Of a stretch of DNA of 64,000 nucleotides, positions 27,194 through 35,820 are shown piece after piece. Source of the stretch: Veillonellaceae bacterium (GTDB lineage: Bacteria; Bacillota; Negativicutes; Veillonellales; Veillonellaceae); assembly GCA_900765165.1 (NCBI GenBank), contig CAAFQR010000110.1, positions 6,776 through 70,775 of the forward strand. The letters are read 5' to 3'. Positions within the stretch are counted from its first letter, which is position 1. Each line of letters starts with the position of its first letter. The position numbers and the translations under genes are program-made. Below the pieces are notes generated by a model. That model had not been told where the DNA came from and did not search any database. It saw only the letters and a program-made list of their open reading frames with translations.

Positions 27194-27335
27194 CTCAAAT
27201 AAACCACAAATAAACCCCGATAAACTGTGAATGATAAAATCTGAAAAAAGCAGATATATTAAGGAGTTTTTGCGGCTTTACAATTTTTAAACTCCGATAA
27301 ACCCCCGATAAACACAAATAAAGCCCCGATAAACT
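27194..27335. repeat. Iteron-like direct repeats (CCGATAAAC x4, within two copies of a ~22-bp unit CACAAATAAAsCCCCGATAAACT)
   Basis: Units at 27194-27220 (ACAAATAAACCCCGATAAACT) and ~27305-27330 (ACAAATAAAGCCCCGATAAACT), plus AAACTCCGATAAACCCCCGATAAACAC between them. Confidence 0.6.
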
Positions 27336-27449
27336 CTAAACTTTATAATTCTGCAATAAAGTAGTATTATATACATTGTACGACAATACGTGCAAAAATA
27401 AAGGCGCACCTCTTATTTCACAGAGGGCGTATTTTTGTGTGGAGGAAGC

Positions 27450-28028
27450 ATGAGTGCGAATTTATATATCGGCTTAGTTCACTATCCGATTTACAATAAG
27501 CAGTATGACGTAGTTACGACGGCCATTACGAACTATGACGTGCATGATATTGCGCGGGCGGCCATTACCTACGATGTGTCCAAGTATTTTATCATTCATC
27601 CGGTGCCGGCGCAGCGGGCGATGGTGGAAAAGATTATGGCGCATTGGAAGACGGGCTTTGGCAGTACGTACAATCCGGATCGCAAGGAAGCCTTTGCAGA
27701 GGTGGCATTGGTGAATTCGGTGCGGGAAGCTATCGACAGTGTAACAGCGGCAGAGGGCGAACGGCCATTGGTAGTGACTACCGATGCTAGAACGTACGAA
27801 AATACAGTAACTTACGCACAAATGAGGGAAAACCTTGAAAAAGGTACACGGCCTGTGTTAGTATTATTTGGTACCGGCTATGGTATGACTAAAGAGACCA
27901 TGCGGGAATTTGATTATATTTTGGAACCGGTTTACGGTCACGGGCCATACAATCACTTGTCGGTGCGCAGTGCGGTGTCGATTATCTTGGACCGCTTGCG
28001 TGGCGAAGAATGGTGGCTGAAACGGTAG
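27450..28028 (+). CDS. Putative SPOUT-class RNA methyltransferase (Methyltrn_RNA_4 / PF09936-like); product call tentative
   Basis: ~190-aa soluble protein with GGAGG RBS before the ATG at 27450. Family assignment rests on overall resemblance recalled from memory. Confidence 0.4.
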   Translation: MSANLYIGLVHYPIYNKQYDVVTTAITNYDVHDIARAAITYDVSKYFIIHPVPAQRAMVEKIMAHWKTGFGSTYNPDRKEAFAEVALVNSVREAIDSVTAAEGERPLVVTTDARTYENTVTYAQMRENLEKGTRPVLVLFGTGYGMTKETMREFDYILEPVYGHGPYNHLSVRSAVSIILDRLRGEEWWLKR

Positions 28029-28071
28029 CCGGAAATACGGTTAACTATAAGTCTGACAGGAGGGCGACAGG

Positions 28072-28809
28072 ATGTCCGGACATTCAAAATGGGCAAACAT
28101 TAAGCACAAAAAAGGTAAAACAGATGCGTTAAAAGCAAAAGTAACGACCAAGATCAGTCGTGAAATCACCGTGGCAGCACGGATGGGCGGCGGCGACCCG
28201 GTTGGTAACATGCGTTTGAAATTAGCGCTTCAGAAAGCACGTGAAAACAACATTCCGAAAGACAATATTCAGCGTGCCATCGCTAAAGGCGTAGGCGCTA
28301 CGGATATGGATAATTACGAAGAAATTACCTATGAAGGCTATGGCCCTGGCGGTGTTGCATTAACGGTTGAATGCTTGACGGACAATCGCAATCGTACCGC
28401 AGCTGACGTACGTCATGCGTTCACGAAGAGCGGCGGTAACATGGGGGAAACCGGTTGCGTAGCTTGGATGTTCAAACGCAAAGGCGTATTCGTAATCGAT
28501 GCCGAAGGTCATGACGAAGAAGAATTGACCATGTTAGCATTGGAAGCCGGCGCTGAAGACTTAAAAGAAGAAGACGGCTCCTTTGTTATTTACACGGATC
28601 CCGATGATTTCGATACGGTAGAACAGGCTTTGGCTGACCAGAACATCGAAACGGAAGTAAGCAAGATTACGATGGTACCTGATAACAGCATTGCATTGGA
28701 AGGCGAAAACGCTGAAAAAATGCAGCGCATGTTAGACGCTTTGGACGACTTAGACGACGTTCAGGACGTGTATCATAATGCTATCTTACCGGATGAAGAC
28801 GAAGATTAG
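28072..28809 (+). CDS. yebC: YebC/PmpR-family transcriptional regulator
   Basis: MSGHSKWANIKHKKGKTDALKAKVTTKISREI... (canonical YebC N-terminus); 245 aa. Confidence 0.9.
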   Translation: MSGHSKWANIKHKKGKTDALKAKVTTKISREITVAARMGGGDPVGNMRLKLALQKARENNIPKDNIQRAIAKGVGATDMDNYEEITYEGYGPGGVALTVECLTDNRNRTAADVRHAFTKSGGNMGETGCVAWMFKRKGVFVIDAEGHDEEELTMLALEAGAEDLKEEDGSFVIYTDPDDFDTVEQALADQNIETEVSKITMVPDNSIALEGENAEKMQRMLDALDDLDDVQDVYHNAILPDEDED

Positions 28810-28916
28810 TAATAATTATAATAAGGTGCTAGTTAATATTTTGTAAAACGTTTGTTATAAAACTTATTGACACAAAATAGTTTTACTGGTAAGCTTAGTC
28901 CATACTAAATGTGGCA

Positions 28917-28958
28917 ACGACGCCTGATGGAGAGATTCTCTCTGTCAGGCGTTTTTTG
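28917..28958 (+). terminator. Intrinsic terminator after yebC
   Basis: CGCCTGATGGAGAGA-TTCTC-TCTGTCAGGCG followed by TTTTTTG. Confidence 0.8.
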
Positions 28959-29077
28959 ATGTTGAAGCCGCTACAACAATAGTATAGGTAGGACAATGGC
29001 GTCGATGGTGTATGAGGGATACAACTGTCGGTGCCGTTTTTTATTGTCCAAGTTTGAGAGGATTTAGAGGAGGCAGT

Positions 29078-30478
29078 ATGATGAATGCAAATCACGACCT
29101 TACAGTCAGTAAGGAAATGACGGAAGCCCAAGCTACAGGCAAGGGCGAGAACCTTGAACGTGTGTTGAAGCCAATCCACTTGTGGGCATTGGCCGTAGGT
29201 CTTGTAATTTCAGGTAACTATTTCGGCTGGAGCTATGGCTTCGCAGCCGGTGGCGTAATGGGCTTGGCATTGGCTATGATCCCGGTTACGATTTTCTATG
29301 TTACGTTTATCTTATCCTATAGCGAATTAGCTACGGCTATTCCGCACGCAGGCGGTCCGTCTGCTTACGCCCGTCGCGCCATGGGCAAATTTGGCGGCTT
29401 TTTAAATGGTATTAGCTGCTTAATCGAATTCGTATTTGCACCGCCGGCCATTGCGTTGGCTGTTGGCGGTTATGTACACGCGTTGTTGCCGTTCATCGAC
29501 CCGATGGTGGCAACGGTAGTTGCGTTCTTCTTCTTCGTGTTCCTTAACTACTTAGGCATGAAGACGTCGGCTACCTTCGAATTAACCGTTACGGTTATTG
29601 CCTTGGTTGGTCTCGTATTGTACTGGGTATTGGCTGCACCGCACTTCGATGCGTCTCGCGTTTTGACAACGCCGTTGTTGCCGCAGGGCTTTAGCGGTGT
29701 TATGGCTGCTGTGCCGTTCGCTATTTGGTTCTACTTAGCCATTGAAGGCGGCGCTATGAGTGCTGAAGAAATGGTTAACCCGCAGAAAGATATTTCCAAA
29801 GGCTTCTTAAGTGGCATGGCCACTTTACTCGTTATGGCTGTATTGACCTTGTTCTTAACGGCCGGCATTGCTGACACGAAGGAAATCTCCTCCGTTGACT
29901 TCCCGTTGCCGTTGGCTTTGAGCGCTGTCTATGGCAATGGCTCCTTGCCGGTACTCCTCATGAGCGGCATTGGCTTGTTCGGCTTAGTTGCTTCCTTGCA
30001 CGGCATCATCGTAGGCTACTCACGTCAGACCTACGCTATGGCTCGTTCCGGTTATTTGCCGAAATTCTTGGCTAAATTGGACCCGAAACGCCGCACGCCG
30101 GTATGGGCCCTTATTTTACCGGGCATCGTATGCTTGGTAACCGCCTTGACTGGTTTGACTGACTTGGTTATCACCATCGCTTGCTACGGCTCCGTTATTA
30201 TGTACATTACGAGCCTCGTTGCGTTCTTCTTGCTCCGTCAGAAAGAACCGAACTTACACCGTCCGTTCCGTGTTAAATCCATGGTTATCCCGGTAGTAAG
30301 CTTCATCATGGCTATCTTCTGCTTAGGCAGCTTGGTATTGGCGTCTGCTGAAGTACTGCCGTACGTTGTAGGCATCTACGCTGTGGCTTTGATTTATTAC
30401 TTCGTATATGGCAACAAACACATCCGCCCCTTCGAAGAAGAATTCGGCGTTATGGATGAATTGGATGAGGTGAAATAA
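29078..30478 (+). CDS. eat: Ethanolamine permease (APC superfamily, Eat-type)
   Basis: 12-TM APC transporter. Start at MMNANHDL is preceded by GAGGAGG. Lies immediately upstream of eutABC. Confidence 0.8.
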   Translation: MMNANHDLTVSKEMTEAQATGKGENLERVLKPIHLWALAVGLVISGNYFGWSYGFAAGGVMGLALAMIPVTIFYVTFILSYSELATAIPHAGGPSAYARRAMGKFGGFLNGISCLIEFVFAPPAIALAVGGYVHALLPFIDPMVATVVAFFFFVFLNYLGMKTSATFELTVTVIALVGLVLYWVLAAPHFDASRVLTTPLLPQGFSGVMAAVPFAIWFYLAIEGGAMSAEEMVNPQKDISKGFLSGMATLLVMAVLTLFLTAGIADTKEISSVDFPLPLALSAVYGNGSLPVLLMSGIGLFGLVASLHGIIVGYSRQTYAMARSGYLPKFLAKLDPKRRTPVWALILPGIVCLVTALTGLTDLVITIACYGSVIMYITSLVAFFLLRQKEPNLHRPFRVKSMVIPVVSFIMAIFCLGSLVLASAEVLPYVVGIYAVALIYYFVYGNKHIRPFEEEFGVMDELDEVK

Positions 30479-30480
30479 GC

Positions 30481-31887
30481 ATGACCGAAGAGATACTCAG
30501 CGTTGGTATCGACATTGGTACCACCACGAGTCAGGTCATCTTTAGTAAGCTTACCTTAGAAAATAGCTCATTTACGGCGGTACCGGAAGTGTCGATTAAA
30601 GACAAAGAGATTATCTATCGCAGCGACGTTCATTTTACGCCGCTGACGATGGACGATACCATCGATATTCCGGCCATTGAAGCCTTAATTGACGCAGAAT
30701 ATGCTAAAGCAGGTGTGCGCCGGGAGGATATAGGTACCGGCGCCATCATTATTACCGGCGAAAGCTCGCGCAAGGAAAACGCGCGGCGCGCCGTTATGGG
30801 CCTGTCTCGTCATGCCGGCGACTTTGTAGTAGCCTCGGCCGGGCCTGATTTGGAATCGGTGTTGGCCGGCTATGGTGCCGGTGCCGGCGATTATTCGAAA
30901 CACACGGCGAAGCCGGTGATCAACTTTGATATTGGCGGCGGCACGACGAATGCGTCGGTGTTCGTGGACAATACCATTGAAGACTCCTTTGCCTTAGACA
31001 TTGGCGGCCGTTTGGTGCGCGTCGATGAAATGAACCGCCTCACCTACGTATCGGAGCGGATTAAGCCTTTGATACGTGAGCTCGGCCTTAACATTGCCGT
31101 TGGACAAGACGCCGATGTAGTAGCGCTTTGTGAGCTTACTGACGCGTTTGCTCAGGTGCTCTTAAAAATCTGCGACCAAGCACCGTTAAGTGACGCCGAA
31201 GCGCAGCTTTATATTAACCACAAGGACAAAGGCCAAGTGATAGACGCCGTCATGTTTTCCGGTGGTGTCGCCGAATGCATTTATGACGAAGGGGACGCAC
31301 CGCTTACGCTAGACGACTTGCAACGCTACGGCGATATCGGTCCTTTTGTGGGTCGGTCGGTGGCGAAGGTGTTCAGTAATGCGCCGCATATTCAGCTCTT
31401 GGTGCCTAACGAAAAAATACGCGCCACCGTTATTGGTGCCGGCAGTTATTCGGTGCGCCTTAGCGGTACGACGGTGCTAGCCAATGATGACCTGGCGCCA
31501 CTTAAGAACATCCCTGTTATCGCCATTAATCACGTAGACGATACACAGCGTCTTAAGGCGGAGCTTTCGTTAAAGCAGCGCATGTATGAACCGGGCCAGC
31601 AATTGGCGGTAGCCCTTTCCTGCGAAACGGTGAACGATTACGTATCCATGAAAAAGGTAGCCAAGGCCTTAGCCGAAGGCGGCAAGGACTTAGGCCCTGT
31701 TTTACTCGTTATCGTCCGCGAGGATTATGCGAAGGCGCTAGGCTTATTGCTACAAAAATACAGTAACGGTCAACCGGTTATTTGTTTAGACCGCATTAAT
31801 GTGGCCCAAGGTGATTATGTGGATATTGGTAAATCCGTAGCAGGCATCGTGCCTGTAGTGGTGAAAACCCTAATATTCCAAAGCTAA
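30481..31887 (+). CDS. eutA: Ethanolamine ammonia-lyase reactivase EutA
   Basis: 468 aa with two actin-like ATPase motif blocks (GIDIGTTTSQ and DIGGGTTNASVF). Confidence 0.85.
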   Translation: MTEEILSVGIDIGTTTSQVIFSKLTLENSSFTAVPEVSIKDKEIIYRSDVHFTPLTMDDTIDIPAIEALIDAEYAKAGVRREDIGTGAIIITGESSRKENARRAVMGLSRHAGDFVVASAGPDLESVLAGYGAGAGDYSKHTAKPVINFDIGGGTTNASVFVDNTIEDSFALDIGGRLVRVDEMNRLTYVSERIKPLIRELGLNIAVGQDADVVALCELTDAFAQVLLKICDQAPLSDAEAQLYINHKDKGQVIDAVMFSGGVAECIYDEGDAPLTLDDLQRYGDIGPFVGRSVAKVFSNAPHIQLLVPNEKIRATVIGAGSYSVRLSGTTVLANDDLAPLKNIPVIAINHVDDTQRLKAELSLKQRMYEPGQQLAVALSCETVNDYVSMKKVAKALAEGGKDLGPVLLVIVREDYAKALGLLLQKYSNGQPVICLDRINVAQGDYVDIGKSVAGIVPVVVKTLIFQS

Positions 31888-31957
31888 TGGCACTGGCTTG
31901 GGTGTTTATTTCACAAGCTAGGAATAAGTATAGAAGAACAAGGAGATTGGAAGGTCT

Positions 31958-33349
31958 ATGAAACTGAAAACTACGTTATTTGGTCAAACCTACAGCTTCC
32001 GCGATGTGAAGGATGTGTTGGCCAAAGCCAATGAAGAAAAATCCGGCGATATGTTAGCCGGTATAGCCGCCCAATCGACGGTAGAACGAGTAGCCGCGAA
32101 AGCGGTGCTGGCGGATATGACGCTAGAAGATTTGCGCAAGAACCCGGTTGTGCCTTATGAAGAAGACGATGTTACGCGCGCCGACCAGGACGCGGTGAAC
32201 GAAGCGGTGTACGACCAGATTAAGTCATTGACGGTTGGCGAGTTCCGCGAATTTTTGCTGAGCGCCAACGATTTTGACATAGCCGCTATTCGCAGTGGTT
32301 TGACGTCGGAAATGGTAGCCGCTGTGGCTAAGCTGATGACAAATATGGACTTAGTGTACGCGGCGAAGAAACTGCATGTAGAAGCAACGTGCAACACCAC
32401 CATTGGTCGCCCCGGCACATTGTCGACGCGCTTGCAGCCGAACCATGCCACAGACGATCCGGAAGGCATCATGGCATCCGTTATGGAAGGCATTAGCTAC
32501 GGCATTGGTGATGCGGTTATCGGGTTAAATCCGGTTGTCGATACCATTGGCAGCGTGTCTGATATCTTAAAAGAATTCAAAACGTTTATGAATAAATGGC
32601 AGATTCCGACGCAAAACTGCGTGCTGGCTCATGTTACGACACAGATGAAGGTGTTGGAACAGAATTTGGCACCTATGGATTTGATGTTCCAAAGCTTGGC
32701 CGGTTCTGAAGTTGCCAGTCGCGCCTTCGGTATTAACGTAGCACTGATGGACGAAGCGTACGCGCTTATGAAGGAACGGAAAAGCTCAACGGGTCCGAAT
32801 TTCATGTACTTTGAAACGGGCCAAGGGTCGGAACTTAGTGCCGACGGCAATCACGGCGCGGACCAGCTCGTCATGGAAGCGCGTTGCTACGCCTTTGCGA
32901 AACGCTACCATCCATTCCTGGTTAATACCGTTGTGGGCTTCATTGGACCGGAATACTTGTATGACGGCCGCCAAATGATTCGCGCCGGCCTTGAAGATCA
33001 TTTCATGGGTAAGCTGACCGGCATTCCTATGGGCTGCGATGTATGCTACACCAATCACATGCGCGCCGACCAGAACGATTTGGAAAACCTGGCTATGATG
33101 CTCACCATGGCGGACTGCAATTATTTCATGGGTATTCCTTGTGGTGACGATGTGATGCTTATGTATCAATCCAGCAGTTATCAGGATGGCAACGCGTTGC
33201 GCCGCATTTCGGGCAAACGAGCTATCGCCGAATTCGACCAGCGCATGCAGGAATTGGGTATCTTTGATGAAAATGGTCATTTAACGGCTATGGCCGGCGA
33301 CCCGTCGCTCTTCGCCGATGACGCTACTAAGGGAGGTCTTGCTATATGA
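31958..33349 (+). CDS. eutB: Ethanolamine ammonia-lyase large subunit
   Basis: 463 aa, strongly conserved EutB sequence throughout. Confidence 0.9.
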   Translation: MKLKTTLFGQTYSFRDVKDVLAKANEEKSGDMLAGIAAQSTVERVAAKAVLADMTLEDLRKNPVVPYEEDDVTRADQDAVNEAVYDQIKSLTVGEFREFLLSANDFDIAAIRSGLTSEMVAAVAKLMTNMDLVYAAKKLHVEATCNTTIGRPGTLSTRLQPNHATDDPEGIMASVMEGISYGIGDAVIGLNPVVDTIGSVSDILKEFKTFMNKWQIPTQNCVLAHVTTQMKVLEQNLAPMDLMFQSLAGSEVASRAFGINVALMDEAYALMKERKSSTGPNFMYFETGQGSELSADGNHGADQLVMEARCYAFAKRYHPFLVNTVVGFIGPEYLYDGRQMIRAGLEDHFMGKLTGIPMGCDVCYTNHMRADQNDLENLAMMLTMADCNYFMGIPCGDDVMLMYQSSSYQDGNALRRISGKRAIAEFDQRMQELGIFDENGHLTAMAGDPSLFADDATKGGLAI

Positions 33350-34119
33350 TGAACGAAGAATTTGTGCCAGACGTTTCCTTGCCGTCGGTGAAAGATAAGG
33401 TGCTCATTGCGCACCCGCATATTCCGGAGTTAGTACGTCGTCTGAAATCAAAAACCAACGCCCGCCTTGGCATTGGCCATGCCGGTGACCGTTTGAAGAC
33501 GGAAACGATGCTAAAGTTTAGAGCGGATCACGCCATTGCGCAGGATGCAGTGTGGACCGAAATCGATGAAAGTGTGGTTGATGAATTAGGCTTTTACAAG
33601 GTGCAAACCTTGGTCCGCGATAAGGAAGAATATGTGCGTCGCCCTGATTTGGGCCGTAGCTTTGGGCCGGAAGTAATTGAAGCCATTAAGCGGGACTGCG
33701 TGAACGCACCGGATGTGCAGCTCGTCGTAGCCGATGGCTTAAGCGGTTTTGCCATTAATGCTAATCTTCGTGATATGTACGCCATCATGATGGATGGTTT
33801 TGAAGAAAAAGGCTACAAGGTAGGTACACCAATCTTTGTACGCTATAGCCGCGTCGCTACCATGGATAAGATTAGCGATGCACTGGGCGCGAAGGTAACC
33901 ATACAGCTCATCGGCGAACGTCCGGGCCTTGCCACCGGCGAAAGCATGAGCGTGTACATGGCCTATGAGTCCAGTGCTACGAAGCCGGAATCACAGCGTA
34001 CGGTTATTTCGAATATTTACAAGAACGGCATTCCGCCGCTAGAAGCGGGCGCGCAGGTTGTGCATTTAACCGAGCTTATGATGAAAGTTAAGAAGAGCGG
34101 CATCGATTTGAAGCTGTAA
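33346..34119 (+). CDS. eutC: Ethanolamine ammonia-lyase small subunit
   Basis: 257 aa; overlaps the eutB stop by 4 nt (ATGA). Confidence 0.85.
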   Translation: MMNEEFVPDVSLPSVKDKVLIAHPHIPELVRRLKSKTNARLGIGHAGDRLKTETMLKFRADHAIAQDAVWTEIDESVVDELGFYKVQTLVRDKEEYVRRPDLGRSFGPEVIEAIKRDCVNAPDVQLVVADGLSGFAINANLRDMYAIMMDGFEEKGYKVGTPIFVRYSRVATMDKISDALGAKVTIQLIGERPGLATGESMSVYMAYESSATKPESQRTVISNIYKNGIPPLEAGAQVVHLTELMMKVKKSGIDLKL

Positions 34120-34249
34120 GCAATATCGGTAGTGAGTGGTGAAAAGCCACTTGCTACCGATGTTTTTCGATATAATGTATTTTTAAATTCAACATTTGTT
34201 TACCTAAAATGGAAAAAAGTCCTTGCCTTTTGGTTGGAGATGCTTTATA

Positions 34250-34486
34250 ATGCGATGTGTAACAAGTTCGTAAGCAAAGACGATGATGAAGAAGGAATAG
34301 TGGTACATGTTCAGAGAGGCAGCGGTTGGTGCGAGGTGCCGATGTTACATTATTCTTCCGCTTCGGAGATAAAGGTGATGAATCTTTCGGGTATGCCCGT
34401 TATAGCAGACTAAAGATGGCCGTAAGGCAATTTGGGTGGTATCGCGGGTGCTCTCGTCCCTTAGTGGATGGAGAGTCTTTTTTTAT
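34250..34486 (+). promoter_or_regulatory. T-box riboswitch-like leader 1 (T-box sequence AATTTGGGTGGTATCGCGG plus terminator)
   Basis: Promoter TTGCCT-17-TATAAT at ~34210-34250. ~170-nt Stem-I-like region with an AGAGA motif. T-box motif at 34428-34447, then a 10-bp hairpin and T7 run at 34478-34484. Confidence 0.5.
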
Positions 34487-34487
34487 A

Positions 34488-34632
34488 TACGCATTACAAT
34501 TCAAGTAGTTGAAGCTACTGAAATGAAAAGCGTATTTGCCGCGAACGGAGAACCTCATACCTTATGTGCTAAATTGGGTGGCACCGCGAGAACAGAGAAG
34601 CTCGTCCCAAGGGACGACTTCTCTTTTTGTGT
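34488..34632 (+). promoter_or_regulatory. T-box-like element 2 (canonical T-box sequence AAATTGGGTGGCACCGCG plus strong terminator), directly upstream of serC
   Basis: T-box consensus at 34571-34588. Terminator AGAGAAGCTCGTCCC-AAG-GGGACGACTTCTCT followed by TTTTGTG at 34594-34632. Only ~85 nt of leader upstream, so Stem I would be very short. Confidence 0.5.
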
Positions 34633-34644
34633 ATTTAGCGTAGC

Positions 34645-35733
34645 TTGGAGGCAAAGAGCAGTATGGAGCGAGTATATAATTTTAATGCAGGGCCGTCGCC
34701 GATGCCCTTAGAAGTGTTAGAAGCATTGAAAGGCGATTTGACGAATTTCAGAAACACCGGCATGGGGATTACGGAAATTTCGCATCGATCCAAGGAATTT
34801 CAGGATATGCTGGATGAAACGAAAGCCCTCGTCAAGAAGCTAATGAAGCTTGGCGATGACTATAAGGTGGTGTTCATCCAAGGGGGCGGCAACATGCAGT
34901 TCCTCATGACGAGTATGAATTTCTTAAAGAACAAAGGTGCTTACTTAGACACCGGCGTATGGACCACGAAGGCCCGCAAGGCCGCTGCCTTCTTCGGCGA
35001 AACCTATGAAGTGGCATCGTCGAAGCCGGAACGGTATAACCACATTCCGAAGGAATTTACTTTACAGCCGGATACCGATTACTTATATATTTGCGTAAAC
35101 AACACCGTGTATGGCACGGAATACCATCAGATTCCTGACGTAGACGTACCGCTTATTGGCGATATGTCATCGGACATTTTGTCCCGTGAGCTGGATTATT
35201 CGAAATTCGATTTAATCTGGGCGGGCATTCAGAAAAACCTAGGCGCTGCCGGCGTAGCCTTGGTGGTCGTAAAAGATGACTTCTTGGCGAAAGCGCGCAC
35301 GGATATTCCGGATTTCTTGAAGTACCAAACCTTCGTTGATTCCGATTCCACGTACAACACGCCGCCGGTATTCAGCATTTACACGTTGAACCGCATGGCC
35401 CACTGGATTGAAGACAATGGTGGCTTGAAGGGCATGGAAGAACGGAACAAGAAGAAAGCTGATTTATTGTATAACCTCATTGATGAAAGCAATGGTTTTT
35501 ATAAAGGTCATGCCGTGAAGGAAGACCGTAGCCGCATGAACGTAACGTTTAACCTGGCAACGCCGGAAATGGAAGCCGACTTCGTAGCAAAAGCGAAGGC
35601 GCAGAATTTCATCGGCCTTAAAGGTCATCGCCTCGTTGGCGGCATTCGCGCTTCTATTTACAACGCCGTTACCGTTGAAACCGTAGAAAAGCTGGTTGCT
35701 TTCATGAAAGAGTACCAGGCACAGAATCAGTAA
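34645..35733 (+). CDS. serC: Phosphoserine aminotransferase
   Basis: 362-aa class-V aminotransferase (FNAGPSPMP...GNMQF...). Confidence 0.9.
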   Translation: MEAKSSMERVYNFNAGPSPMPLEVLEALKGDLTNFRNTGMGITEISHRSKEFQDMLDETKALVKKLMKLGDDYKVVFIQGGGNMQFLMTSMNFLKNKGAYLDTGVWTTKARKAAAFFGETYEVASSKPERYNHIPKEFTLQPDTDYLYICVNNTVYGTEYHQIPDVDVPLIGDMSSDILSRELDYSKFDLIWAGIQKNLGAAGVALVVVKDDFLAKARTDIPDFLKYQTFVDSDSTYNTPPVFSIYTLNRMAHWIEDNGGLKGMEERNKKKADLLYNLIDESNGFYKGHAVKEDRSRMNVTFNLATPEMEADFVAKAKAQNFIGLKGHRLVGGIRASIYNAVTVETVEKLVAFMKEYQAQNQ

Positions 35734-35820
35734 ACTTATTTCACAGGGCCGAGTCAGTTGAGAGGGACTCGCCGCTACTTATCGATTAGAGAAACAGAGA
35801 GTATTTGAGGAGGACATCAC

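Noticed and set aside
28895-29179. 94-aa minus-strand ORF over the eat start region
   Set aside because: Overlaps the yebC terminator and the well-supported eat start. Spurious.
34132-34413. 93-aa plus-strand ORF between eutC and serC
   Set aside because: It contains the promoter (-35 and -10) and the Stem-I-like region of the T-box leader. It has no RBS and ends within the leader. Interpreted as non-coding leader instead.
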